Source: a virus
Direction: 5' to 3' (one strand)
DNA length: 64,000 bases
IMG/VR virus record: IMGVR_UViG_3300023294_000015
Location: 3,343-67,342 of that record
Each line of letters opens with the position of its first letter. Position 1 is the first letter of the stretch. The notes beneath the pieces were generated by a model, which did no database searches, had not been told where the DNA came from, and was given only the letters and a program-made list of their open reading frames with translations. Below are positions 22,866-32,906 of the stretch, one piece after another. Both the position numbers and the translations under genes were made by a program.

Positions 22866-25800
22866 TTGTGTAAACATTAAAAGTAGAGAATTTAAGAAAC
22901 TTGTTGTAGATACAAGCTTACATCCTGTAGTTTTATCAGGTAAAGTTTCTTTATGGCAAGATAAAAATGGTGTAGAGAATTACCCTACTAAAGAAGATAT
23001 TATTGACTCTTTTAGTGATGAAAATGTGATGTTTAATATTCCTGATAATCCTATAAAGAAATTAAGTAAAGCTGAAAAACTTAAAAATCTTACAGAAACT
23101 TTTAGTATAGGTACTACGGGTTATTTTGGTAAAATGTTAATGGTTGATATTATAAAACCTAAACTTAAAGAGCTTGGATATACTTTAAAACCTACATCTA
23201 ATGCTAATGGATATTATATAGTAAATGATAAAGGTAGAAGATATATACCAGCTAAAAAAATCAAATACACAGCTCCTAAATGGTTTAAAGCACCTGATTA
23301 TAGTAAACCTGCTGTAAAAGAAACTCCTAAAGTTAATAAAGATTTATTTGGTAATGATGTAATGTTTCAATTAGACAATAAAGTAAATTATACAATCTCA
23401 GAAAATAAAAGTAGTTATATTTTAGAAGAGGAAGGTGCTGAATACTTTATAATGAGAATAGATAAATTTGAAGATGTAAACAATGGTGTTTTATATTTAG
23501 ATGATATATCTACTCCAACTCTTTATAGTCTAGGATTACTCACGAAAAAAACTTTTAATTATTCTACTGGGAATAAAATAATAATTACTTCTGCAATATA
23601 CAAGTCCAAATCTCCAATTAAAGCATTAGCTAAAGTAACAGAATTTTTAGCTAGTAAAAACATAAATACATTATCGTATAATTTTAACGATTATGTAAAA
23701 AACAAACCTATAATAGATAATATTTATAAAAGTTTTATAAATAATACAAAGGTAAATAAAACTTTACAGGAAGTATTAAGAGATAGAAATACTACATCTG
23801 AAACATCTGATTATTTAAACGGTTTAATTCAAGAAATACAAGATAATTTAGTTGATAAATTAGGAGTTTCGTTAAGTCTTGTAGAAGTAATTCCTTTTAT
23901 AAATATTTCTTATGAAAATGATAAGTTGTTTTTAAATGTAAACTTGGAAAAATTACAAGTATTATTTAATAAAAGTAATACGTTTTTTCAAAAAGAATCT
24001 ACTGAGCAACCAGTAGATCCTAAAATTGATGATGCTATGACACGATTGATATCTGAACTAGGTATTGATTTAATTAATTATAATGAGTATGCTGAATACT
24101 ACGAGCAAAAAGAAGGTAAAAAACTTACTGCCGTAGCTGTAGCTGATATGTTTAATAAAGTTATAGCAGTTAAAGAAGGTCATGCTGATAAAAGTACTCT
24201 AGCACACGAAGTAGGTCATTTTATTGAATTTGCATTACATAATGATAAACGTATTATGTTTGCTATTGAAAATGTACACTTAACAGAGCTTTGGCAACAA
24301 AAGTCTGAGCAGTATATGCAGGAGTATAATAATGATGAAAACAAAGTACGTAGAGAGATTGTAGGGCAATTAATAGGATTATCTTTAAGTGATAATGTAA
24401 AAAATGAAAAACCTTCTTGGAAACGTCTTATGTTACAAGTATGGAATAAGTTCTTAGACTTCTTTACGTTTGGTTCTAAAGCTAAAACAACACGTATAAG
24501 GAACTCTATTGATGCTATAGCTAAAGAAACACTTAAAGATAGTAGTAATGTCAAGAAAGGCTTAGAATCACAAGTATCTAATAAAAATAATGTATTATTT
24601 GAATTAGACCCTAAAGACTTTAAGAATAGTAGAATACTTGAAGGTGAACTTAAAACTTTAAAATCAGCATTAAGTATTATTGTAAATAAAATTAATGTAT
24701 ATAAAAAAGCAGGAACTGAAGAAATTACAACTACAGAAAGGGATCTTCGTGATGTATTGTCAAAAGCTATAAGAGATGTTGATGATAGAGATGTTGATGA
24801 TTATAACAAGAATTATGTTACTATGGGATTAATCAACTTTATAGCTAGAATGGAAGAAGAAGCACAATTTATAATTGAACGTGTTGATATTATAGAAGAA
24901 GCTATACAAGACGGTGTATATAATAATGAATTAGATCAACTTTCTAAACTTCTTAAACAGATGAATGATTATATGCTAGTATATGAACCTTTACTGGAAG
25001 ATTTAATGCCTACTGTTAAAAAGCTAAAACGTAATTCTACTGAAGATGTTGAATTGTATGATAAAATACTAAAGGCTTTTGATACTATTGATACAGGTAT
25101 TAAAACTATGAAAAAAGATTATGTAAAGCATACTAAGTTTATACTTATGTCAGTAGCTAAAGATATTTTTAACGGAATGGAAAATTTAGCAAATAATCCT
25201 GTAAAATTAAAAAGAGAATTAGATTTATTTGAAGCTCAATTAAGTGAAAAAGTAGGAGATCTTAGTTTTGCACAAACTTATATTGATGCCGCAGGTACTT
25301 CTCATGATGCAGTAATAAAACTTATAGATAGATTATATAAAGAAACCAAAGAAGATACAAATAAAGAAGTTCTTGATATTAATAGAGATATTATTGATCT
25401 TCATGAAAACTTTGTAGAAGCAGGAGGAAGAACTACTAAATTTATGGCTGAATTAGATAAAGATGGTAATGTTACTGGTAATATTGTAGGAGAGTATAAC
25501 GAAGCTCAATTTAATGAAGCTAAGAAAGTATTTACAAGTAAGTTAGATAAAGAATATGGATTGCCAGAAGCTAATACAAGAGATGAGTATATAACTCGTG
25601 ATAAAAAATGGTATGCTCTTACTGAAAGTCAAAGATCATCTTATTGGGGAGCTGTGGAAGTATGGGAAACTAATAATACAGAAACATCACCAAAGTTAAA
25701 AGAACTTCTTAATACTAAATATAATAATATAATAAAATCAATAATACCTCTTAAACATGATAGAGATATTTTATATGCTTTACTTGATAAGTACCCAAAC

Positions 25801-27882
25801 AATAAAACAGATCATAGAGTCGATAAAAAAATGATGGATGAGCTTAAAGAGTCTAATAAAGCTCTTTATAATAATTTTACTAAAGTACGGCTTACATTTC
25901 GAGAATGGAGAAGTAAACGTGAATATGCTGATTTTGCAGGAAATATAACATATAAGAAAGAATTAGCTATACCTAAATTATCAATTTATGGTAATAAGCA
26001 ATATACAGCTATTATGAGTAATCCTACCGAAAAGAAATATTACGAAGGTATGATGAAAATACGTAAAGATTTATTAAAATCTCTTCCAGAGGAGATTGTA
26101 AATTCTATGCTTATGGTTCAAATACGTAAAGACTTTATAGAACGTATTAAAACTGATCCTAAACGAACTATGCAAGAATCTTACAAAGATGCTGTTGAAA
26201 AGCGTGAAACTGACTACGATTATGGTGTAAAGACGTTTAATGAAGATAAAACTCAAATGAAACATATTCCTATATTGCATTATAGGAAACTTGATAATAT
26301 GAAAGATCTTTCGTTAGACTTTACAGCAGGAATGATGATACTTGCTGATATGGCTATTAATTACAAAAACAATAATAAAGTAATTAATATTGTGAATATT
26401 ACAAGCGATGTACTTAAAGTAAGAAAAGTATTCAAAGCTACAACTGGAATAGAAGGTGGTATAAATAAAATAACTGATAAATTTATGCTCAATAATACTA
26501 CAGCATTAGAAACTGTTGGCGGTAGAGGTCATCTTAGATTTCAAGAATATATAAACACAGTTTTTTATAACGAACTTAAAGATGATGACCAAGGTACTAC
26601 TTTTGGTTTTGATACTTCTAAATTAGCAGATGCTCTTATTAAGTATACAGCTATGAACTCTTTAGCATTAAATATCTATGCAGGATTTAATAACGTAATG
26701 CTTGGTAATATAATGCTACGTGAAGAAGCTTTTGTAAAAGAATATATTAAACATAAAGATTTATTATTTGCTACTAAAACTTATTGGAGAGAATTGCCAT
26801 CATTAATGATTGATATGTTAAAATTACGTTCTAATAATAAAATGAGATTAGTCTTTGAAGAACTAGATGTTTTTCAAGATCATGGGCAACGAATACAAGA
26901 AGTAAATGCTGATAGAACTAACTTTGGTAGAATGTTTAGTTTAAGTAATATGTTTATTATTAACAAAGGAGGTGAGCATCAAATTCAAGGTCGTTTAGCT
27001 TTAGGAATGATGAGTAATTTAAAACTTAAAGATAAGAACGGAAATGAAATTAATTTTTATGATGCTTATGAAGTAGATAATTATCGTCTTAAACTTATGG
27101 AAGGTTTGACTAAAGAAAATGGTAAACCTTTTACTGAAAAGGATATTAAATCTTTTAAAATAAAACTTAAAAAAGTTAATAATGATCTTCATGGTATTTA
27201 TAACTTAACAGATAGAGCACTTATACAGAAATATTGGCAAGGTAGAGCTGCTATGTTATTTCGTAAGTGGTTACGTCCAGGTTGGAATAGAAGATTTCAA
27301 AGTCATGATTATGATTTTAGTCTTGATAAAGATATAGAAGGTATGTATGTTACAAGTACTAAGTTTGTAGTATCTCTTTATAAAGAATTACAAGCTGCTA
27401 AATTAACTTTTGCAACAGCAGGAGAAGCATACGATAAATTAGAAGATTGGCAAAAAGCTAATATCAAACGTAATATAGCAGAAGTAGGTTATTTTGTAGC
27501 ATTAATGGTTGCTGGTACACTACTCGCATCAATTGCAGGAGATGATGATGATGATTGGTTACTTAATATGACAGCTTATCAAGCTAATCGTTTAAGTACT
27601 GAAATAGGTTTTTTTGTGCCAGGATATAACGCTACACAAATTACTACCTTGATACAATCACCATCTGCTACTATTAATCAAATTGATAAAATAATGGATC
27701 TTGTAAAAGTAATAGACCCATTTATAATAGGTAATAACGATCCTTTCCTTAGAGAATATCAATCAGGTAGACATAAAGGACAAACTAGACTTAAAATATG
27801 GTCTAAAAGAACTATACCTATGTGGGATTCAGTAGATAGTTGGTTTTATCCAGAAGAAAAATTAAAATTCTTTACTAACTAA
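22855..27882 (+). CDS. Large virion ejection protein with zincin-like HExxH domain
   Basis: 1675 aa. HEVGH at 24205-24219; largely helical; C-terminal hydrophobic VGYFVALMVAGTLLASIAG. Overlaps the end of the RNAP gene. Confidence 0.65.
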   Translation: MANNCVNIKSREFKKLVVDTSLHPVVLSGKVSLWQDKNGVENYPTKEDIIDSFSDENVMFNIPDNPIKKLSKAEKLKNLTETFSIGTTGYFGKMLMVDIIKPKLKELGYTLKPTSNANGYYIVNDKGRRYIPAKKIKYTAPKWFKAPDYSKPAVKETPKVNKDLFGNDVMFQLDNKVNYTISENKSSYILEEEGAEYFIMRIDKFEDVNNGVLYLDDISTPTLYSLGLLTKKTFNYSTGNKIIITSAIYKSKSPIKALAKVTEFLASKNINTLSYNFNDYVKNKPIIDNIYKSFINNTKVNKTLQEVLRDRNTTSETSDYLNGLIQEIQDNLVDKLGVSLSLVEVIPFINISYENDKLFLNVNLEKLQVLFNKSNTFFQKESTEQPVDPKIDDAMTRLISELGIDLINYNEYAEYYEQKEGKKLTAVAVADMFNKVIAVKEGHADKSTLAHEVGHFIEFALHNDKRIMFAIENVHLTELWQQKSEQYMQEYNNDENKVRREIVGQLIGLSLSDNVKNEKPSWKRLMLQVWNKFLDFFTFGSKAKTTRIRNSIDAIAKETLKDSSNVKKGLESQVSNKNNVLFELDPKDFKNSRILEGELKTLKSALSIIVNKINVYKKAGTEEITTTERDLRDVLSKAIRDVDDRDVDDYNKNYVTMGLINFIARMEEEAQFIIERVDIIEEAIQDGVYNNELDQLSKLLKQMNDYMLVYEPLLEDLMPTVKKLKRNSTEDVELYDKILKAFDTIDTGIKTMKKDYVKHTKFILMSVAKDIFNGMENLANNPVKLKRELDLFEAQLSEKVGDLSFAQTYIDAAGTSHDAVIKLIDRLYKETKEDTNKEVLDINRDIIDLHENFVEAGGRTTKFMAELDKDGNVTGNIVGEYNEAQFNEAKKVFTSKLDKEYGLPEANTRDEYITRDKKWYALTESQRSSYWGAVEVWETNNTETSPKLKELLNTKYNNIIKSIIPLKHDRDILYALLDKYPNNKTDHRVDKKMMDELKESNKALYNNFTKVRLTFREWRSKREYADFAGNITYKKELAIPKLSIYGNKQYTAIMSNPTEKKYYEGMMKIRKDLLKSLPEEIVNSMLMVQIRKDFIERIKTDPKRTMQESYKDAVEKRETDYDYGVKTFNEDKTQMKHIPILHYRKLDNMKDLSLDFTAGMMILADMAINYKNNNKVINIVNITSDVLKVRKVFKATTGIEGGINKITDKFMLNNTTALETVGGRGHLRFQEYINTVFYNELKDDDQGTTFGFDTSKLADALIKYTAMNSLALNIYAGFNNVMLGNIMLREEAFVKEYIKHKDLLFATKTYWRELPSLMIDMLKLRSNNKMRLVFEELDVFQDHGQRIQEVNADRTNFGRMFSLSNMFIINKGGEHQIQGRLALGMMSNLKLKDKNGNEINFYDAYEVDNYRLKLMEGLTKENGKPFTEKDIKSFKIKLKKVNNDLHGIYNLTDRALIQKYWQGRAAMLFRKWLRPGWNRRFQSHDYDFSLDKDIEGMYVTSTKFVVSLYKELQAAKLTFATAGEAYDKLEDWQKANIKRNIAEVGYFVALMVAGTLLASIAGDDDDDWLLNMTAYQANRLSTEIGFFVPGYNATQITTLIQSPSATINQIDKIMDLVKVIDPFIIGNNDPFLREYQSGRHKGQTRLKIWSKRTIPMWDSVDSWFYPEEKLKFFTN

Positions 27883-27900
27883 CAAAATAATAGAACAACA

Positions 27901-27934
27901 AAAAAGGGAGATACAATTAAGTATCTCCTTTTTT
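27901..27934. terminator. Bidirectional rho-independent terminator
   Basis: AAAAAGGGAGATAC-AATTAA-GTATCTCCTTTTTT hairpin at the point where the + and - gene blocks converge. Confidence 0.85.
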
Positions 27935-28084
27935 ATGATTTATACATTCATATACACTAGATAATCTTCCATCATATCTTAAAGTATATCTCCACATTGT
28001 AGTACCTTTAGGAAATTTATTATTACAAAAAAAACAATCATGTGGTACTTTTACTTTAGACAATCTTGTTGAGATTATTTTCAT
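27917..28084 (-). CDS. Small zinc-finger-like protein (55 aa, not in ORF track)
   Basis: Translated by hand: MKIISTRLSKVKVPHDCFFCNNKFPKGTTMWRYTLRYDGRLSSVYECINHKKGDT; CxxC...CxxH. Confidence 0.55.
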   Translation of the reverse strand: MKIISTRLSKVKVPHDCFFCNNKFPKGTTMWRYTLRYDGRLSSVYECINHKKGDT

Positions 28085-28104
28085 CCTAATATTATTTTAT
28101 AAAT

Positions 28105-28950
28105 TTAAAAACCTAACTTTTTATCTTTAGAAATATTATAAGAATCAATATTCATTATTTTATCAATAGCAAATTGTTTAATTGTATCTAAAGTTTTACC
28201 TTTTAATTCTTTAGAAAATTCAATAATTTCATTTTCAGAATGTAATTTATTTATCATAGCGTAAAGTATTTTGTATACATCATCTTCAGATTGAATACCT
28301 TCTATTTTGATACAGTATTTAAATCTTGATGGTCTATTTTTAATAGCATCTGGTATCATACTAATGTAATTAGTAGTACCAAATACAATACAATTATCAA
28401 TTGATAAATTACCATCAAGCATCATTTTTAAACGACTTTCTAGATCTTGTTTAATTAACACATCCATTTCTTCAAATACAATAACAATTGGATTATCTTG
28501 AATAGCTCTAACTTTACTTATAAATTCCCAGCAGTCTTTAATTTTGTAATTTTGAGAATTAATATGAAATACTAAAACATTATTACTTTCAATGTATTCA
28601 GAATACAGTTTTTTTATAATAGTAGATTTACCAGTACCTTCATCTCCATAAAGTAAAATGCCAACTTTGTGATAAAACCCCAAACTTGAAATTTCTTTTT
28701 TGACATCTTTGTTAAAAAATGTTTTTAATAGTAATTCTATTTTATCTCTATCAGGATAATTATGCTCTTTAGGTTTTTCTATATTAGTGTTTAATTCAAC
28801 TAAAACTCTATTGTCAGGATGCTCTAAATATGATATATCATATACACCAGCTTCAAGTGTTTTAGTAGATTTAACAGTATCTAAACTAGAAAATCCTATT
28901 TCATTATTTTCATAGTAATGAAATGATTTTAGTTCTGTTGTATTACTCAT
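28105..28950 (-). CDS. AAA+ ATPase (classic clade)
   Basis: GILLYGDEGTGKST Walker A, VFEEMD Walker B, GTTN...DAIKNRPSRF second region of homology, C-terminal KLGF. Confidence 0.85.
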   Translation of the reverse strand: MSNTTELKSFHYYENNEIGFSSLDTVKSTKTLEAGVYDISYLEHPDNRVLVELNTNIEKPKEHNYPDRDKIELLLKTFFNKDVKKEISSLGFYHKVGILLYGDEGTGKSTIIKKLYSEYIESNNVLVFHINSQNYKIKDCWEFISKVRAIQDNPIVIVFEEMDVLIKQDLESRLKMMLDGNLSIDNCIVFGTTNYISMIPDAIKNRPSRFKYCIKIEGIQSEDDVYKILYAMINKLHSENEIIEFSKELKGKTLDTIKQFAIDKIMNIDSYNISKDKKLGF

Positions 28951-29174
28951 TTTATATTATCTAAATTGTAAGCGTTTTCAATTCTACGTTGTGCAGTACT
29001 ATTAACAACATACCGATCTTTTGCTGCAATCTCTAAGGCTGCTTTTACGTGTTGTGTAGCAAACTTAATCATACTTTCTTCACTTATATCGTAAGTACAT
29101 TCATCATCTATTTCAAAACCTTCATTAATATGATTATCTTGTAATAGTTTTCTAGCTGTTATTATTTCACTCAT
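28947..29174 (-). CDS. Hypothetical phage protein
   Basis: 75-aa ORF with ATGA-type coupling; MIKFATQHVKAAL motif typical of Bacteroidota phage small proteins. Confidence 0.6.
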   Translation of the reverse strand: MSEIITARKLLQDNHINEGFEIDDECTYDISEESMIKFATQHVKAALEIAAKDRYVVNSTAQRRIENAYNLDNIK

Positions 29175-29560
29175 TTATTTAAACTTTCTTCGTATTGTAC
29201 TTTAATAATCTTTAATAATTCAGGATTATTAAAGTTATACATATCTGGTATATCTAATACTGTAATTTTATCTTCGGGAATACCTAACTTATGAAGTTCT
29301 AATTTTACAGTATTGTAATTTTCCTTATTTACAAATATAATTTTATCTGCCCATAATACTAATGCTTCTGAAATAGGTATTAAAGCATAACTTTCTTCAG
29401 TACCGCAATTTCTTACATTATAACCATATTCTTTAATAAGAAAGTTCTGTAATGTAGCTGACCTTAGTAACCCTGCTGAACATACTGTTAATATTTTCTT
29501 AGTATCTCCTTGAGAATGATTAGTTATATTGTAAAGTTGATTTTTAGTTCCTTTTATCAT
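29171..29560 (-). CDS. Low-molecular-weight protein-tyrosine-phosphatase-like protein
   Basis: VCSAGLLRS (CX5RS P-loop), WADKI, DIPD. Confidence 0.85.
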   Translation of the reverse strand: MIKGTKNQLYNITNHSQGDTKKILTVCSAGLLRSATLQNFLIKEYGYNVRNCGTEESYALIPISEALVLWADKIIFVNKENYNTVKLELHKLGIPEDKITVLDIPDMYNFNNPELLKIIKVQYEESLNK

Positions 29561-29587
29561 TTATTTATTTATTTAATTTAATTAAAA

Positions 29588-29753
29588 TCAACAGAAGTAA
29601 GATTCGATACTTACATTATAGTGTTATATTCAACTCTCTTCACGGTTGCCGCAGAGATGTGTGGCTCTATACTATATTACCAATTTAACGTCTATTTATC
29701 ATATTTGCTATAGAGCTTAATTCAGCACAAATACGCTTCCGTCACTCTGTTGA
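29588..29753 (-). ncRNA. tRNA-like structured RNA A (166 nt, expanded D-loop and variable region)
   Basis: Terminal stem TCAACAGAG/TTCTGTTGA; T-like arm GTAAG-TATCGAAT-CTTAC; internal helices CGTATTTG/CAAATATG, TATAGT/ACTATA and GCTCTATA/TATAGAGC. It fills the intergenic gap. Confidence 0.6.
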
Positions 29754-29766
29754 AATTAATTAATTA

Positions 29767-32391
29767 TTATCCTCCGCACTTACTACTTCCACAGCTTTTA
29801 CAACTAAGACAACCTTCTTCCATTACTATATTAGAGCTATCACCACAGTTTTCACACTTGGCTTTTTCAATAATACGCTCTGTACGTGCATATTTCTTTA
29901 AAGTACGGCTCAACGCCTTACCAAAAGAAGTTATGTCACCAGAAGTCTTCTCAAGCTGTTCTACAAGGAACGTTACGTCACTTCCATGTCTTAAAGAAGT
30001 GCTGCAAAGTCTCGTTATAATAGCTTCTTCACCTGTCATTTCAGAAGTTATATTTTCAGAATATAATTCTCCATTTGTATAAAGATCATATCTACCTTCT
30101 TTAAGTTTAAGCAATTCACCATTTTTAATATCTGTAAAATGATGTAATGCAAATACTTCATAAGGTTTACCATCATACAATCCTATAATAACATTCCATT
30201 TAGTACCTTTAGATACAGTAGTGTATATTTCAACTTCTAGTGAATCTGGTCTTTTAAGAGCATCTTTATACTCAAATGTATCAGTTTTCTTTTCATTATT
30301 GCTTACTAATACACCTGTACGACTTCCTTCTACATAAACTGTAACACCTTTAAGTTTAAGTTCATATGATTTCATATAGATATTTTGAACCTCTTCTAAT
30401 GTAACTGTTTCAGGTAAATTAAGTGTACTGCTAATTGCATTTGTAGTATATTTTTGGAGTATAGATTGCATTTCTACTCTTTTTACCCAATCAATATCAT
30501 TAGCTGTACTACCATACCAAGGAGATTCTTCAAAGCATTGTTGTAAATCTTCATTTGACATTGTTGGTATATCACCTTCTACAAAATGAGGATGTCCAAT
30601 ATTAATCCAATCTTTAAATTTACTATGTAACACAGGAAATTCTTGCCATGAATCTTTGTTTTGATCGACAAAATCTACTCTTACATCTTTATCAGATGGA
30701 TTAACTTTCTTTCTACGCATATAAAATGGCATAAATAGTGGTTCACAACCTGATGATGTACCTGTAAGAATCGAAACACTTCCTGTAGGAGCAATTGTTG
30801 AAAAGCTGACGTTACGTCTACCATATTTAGCCATACGTACTGATTGTTCATGAAAATCAGCTCTTAAATAAAAATAAAAACTATTAGCTGGTTTGTAAAA
30901 TCCTTCTTCATTTAAAGCAATACCTTCTTTTATTGCATCAAATCCTTCAAATGAACCTCTCAATATAGATAAATCAATTGTACAATCTAATTCTCCACGC
31001 ATTTTAGTAGACATTACTAACTCTACAATTTTTAAAGCTTGATCAGAATCATACTTTAGATTTAATGCGGCTAACATATCAGCTAAAGCAGTAATACCAC
31101 TACCAGTACGTCTACCTGCTTTTGCAGCTTTCAATATATTCTGCCATAAAGTAAGTTCTGTAGCTTTAACTTCTACAGGTTGATTATCAGATTCTATCTT
31201 ACATATAATATCTTCAACATTTTCAATTTCAAGATCTACTAAATCATCCATCAATCGTTGTTGTTCATAAGCAATTTTATACACTAACTCAAAATCAACT
31301 TCTGCTGTATCTGTAAATGGATTCTTAACCATTGAAAACAAATTCATACACATTAGTCGGCAAGAATCGTATGGTTGTAAAAATTGTTCACCACATGGAT
31401 TACTGCTTACAGGTGTAAACTCTGGATACACACTATCAGGTGACATATCAAGAACATTATCCCAAAACATTAAACCTGGCTCTGCATTTTCTTTAGCTTG
31501 AGTTACAATAGTATTCCAAAGTTCTTTAGCTTTGATTTTTTTAAATGATGAACCTACTACAAATCCAGTTTTTAATGTGTTATATTCTGCATCAATTAAA
31601 GCTTCTTTGGATGTATAATCAAAACCAAATAAATCTTCCTCTATAATATCACATGGAAATCTAAGAGTGTAATCAGTATCATTCTTAACAGCTTCCATAA
31701 ACTCATCATTAAGACGAATTGATATATTAGCTCCTGTTACTTTACTTCTATCAGATTTGATTGTAGCAAACTTCTCTACATCTGGATGATTAATATCAAT
31801 AGATAGCATTAAAGCACCTCTTCTGCCGTTTTGAGCTACTTCTCTTGTACCATTAGAAAACCTTTCCATAAATGACACAACGCCAGTAGAAGTTCCCGCA
31901 GAATTAGTTACTGACGTTCCTTCTGGACGTAAATTAGAAATGTCTTGTCCAACACCTCCTCTACGTTTCATCAGTTGCACTTGTTCTTGTTCTGCTTTAA
32001 ATATACCACCATAGCTATCTAAAGCTGATGGTATTACAAAACAATTACTTAAACTAATAAACTTATCTTTTCTACCAAGACCATACATAATAGAACCTTG
32101 CGGTATAATGTATTTAAAATCTTTGAATAATTCATATATAGTTTCTTGCGTTAAAGAACTTCTTTCAATTCCATAATCACTTAAAGAATCTATTAATCTA
32201 TCTGGATTTCTTACTGTTTGTAAAAGAGTATATTCTTTGTCTGAATAACTACTTTCAATTCTAGCAAATTCTTTTGCTAATCTTTTATGCATTTGGTCGT
32301 AATGAACTTCTCCTTCTGCTGCATACTTACCTTGCCAAACCGATATTGCGAGTTCATCCCCCCCAAACATTTCTTTTTTCACCTCTTCCAT
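29767..32391 (-). CDS. nrdJ: Class II (adenosylcobalamin-dependent) ribonucleotide reductase
   Basis: SNCFV, RRGALM, SNPCGEQ, TIAPTGS and KGVTVY motifs; C-terminal CxxC...CxxC zinc ribbon; no NrdB small subunit nearby. Confidence 0.9.
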   Translation of the reverse strand: MEEVKKEMFGGDELAISVWQGKYAAEGEVHYDQMHKRLAKEFARIESSYSDKEYTLLQTVRNPDRLIDSLSDYGIERSSLTQETIYELFKDFKYIIPQGSIMYGLGRKDKFISLSNCFVIPSALDSYGGIFKAEQEQVQLMKRRGGVGQDISNLRPEGTSVTNSAGTSTGVVSFMERFSNGTREVAQNGRRGALMLSIDINHPDVEKFATIKSDRSKVTGANISIRLNDEFMEAVKNDTDYTLRFPCDIIEEDLFGFDYTSKEALIDAEYNTLKTGFVVGSSFKKIKAKELWNTIVTQAKENAEPGLMFWDNVLDMSPDSVYPEFTPVSSNPCGEQFLQPYDSCRLMCMNLFSMVKNPFTDTAEVDFELVYKIAYEQQRLMDDLVDLEIENVEDIICKIESDNQPVEVKATELTLWQNILKAAKAGRRTGSGITALADMLAALNLKYDSDQALKIVELVMSTKMRGELDCTIDLSILRGSFEGFDAIKEGIALNEEGFYKPANSFYFYLRADFHEQSVRMAKYGRRNVSFSTIAPTGSVSILTGTSSGCEPLFMPFYMRRKKVNPSDKDVRVDFVDQNKDSWQEFPVLHSKFKDWINIGHPHFVEGDIPTMSNEDLQQCFEESPWYGSTANDIDWVKRVEMQSILQKYTTNAISSTLNLPETVTLEEVQNIYMKSYELKLKGVTVYVEGSRTGVLVSNNEKKTDTFEYKDALKRPDSLEVEIYTTVSKGTKWNVIIGLYDGKPYEVFALHHFTDIKNGELLKLKEGRYDLYTNGELYSENITSEMTGEEAIITRLCSTSLRHGSDVTFLVEQLEKTSGDITSFGKALSRTLKKYARTERIIEKAKCENCGDSSNIVMEEGCLSCKSCGSSKCGG

Positions 32392-32906
32392 TGTTCTCCT
32401 CTTATTATCTTATTTATTTGTGATTTACCCACATTAAAATGATTAGAAAGTTTTTCAGTAGATATTCCCTCCTTGTTAAATTTCCTAATGTTATCTACTT
32501 TATCCCAAGTTAATTTAGCACTTCCGCTTAGTTCTCCTACAGCGCCTTTGTTTAAATTAGTATCATATGCATGTTTTACATTTTGAGAACGTGTACACCA
32601 TTCTAAATTGGAGTAATGATTATTTGCTTTATTTCCATCTTTATGATTTACTTCTGTGTAATTAAATGGATTATCTACAAATTCACTAGCTACAAGTCTA
32701 TGAATTAAATGATTATTAAAAGTTATATAGTATGTATTAGCACTCAATCTTGCTTTTAATAAAAATGGTTCAACCGTACCTTTTCTATTTCTATAGCCAA
32801 CCTTGTGTAAAGTCCCTATATTAGCTATGTCCCCAAAATTAGATACTGCATGTTTTCCATTTTCTAATAATTTCCAATCTTTACCAACTTCACTTATTTT
32901 ATCCAT
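32379..32906 (-). CDS. HNH homing endonuclease (NUMOD4-HNH-HTH)
   Basis: VSNFG, IHRLVA..F, VNHKDGNKANNHYSNLEWCT..N..H motifs and a C-terminal HTH; overlaps the nrdJ start. Confidence 0.9.
   Translation of the reverse strand: MDKISEVGKDWKLLENGKHAVSNFGDIANIGTLHKVGYRNRKGTVEPFLLKARLSANTYYITFNNHLIHRLVASEFVDNPFNYTEVNHKDGNKANNHYSNLEWCTRSQNVKHAYDTNLNKGAVGELSGSAKLTWDKVDNIRKFNKEGISTEKLSNHFNVGKSQINKIIRGEQWKR

Noticed and set aside
110-26280. Short minus-strand and alternate-frame ORFs inside the large + strand genes
   Set aside because: They are shadow ORFs fully nested in long motif-bearing genes and have no recognisable motifs.
29767-29800. C-terminal Gly-Gly of NrdJ as a Ubl-like conjugation end
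   Set aside because: It is the usual zinc-ribbon SKCG ending of class II RNRs, with no beta-grasp domain.
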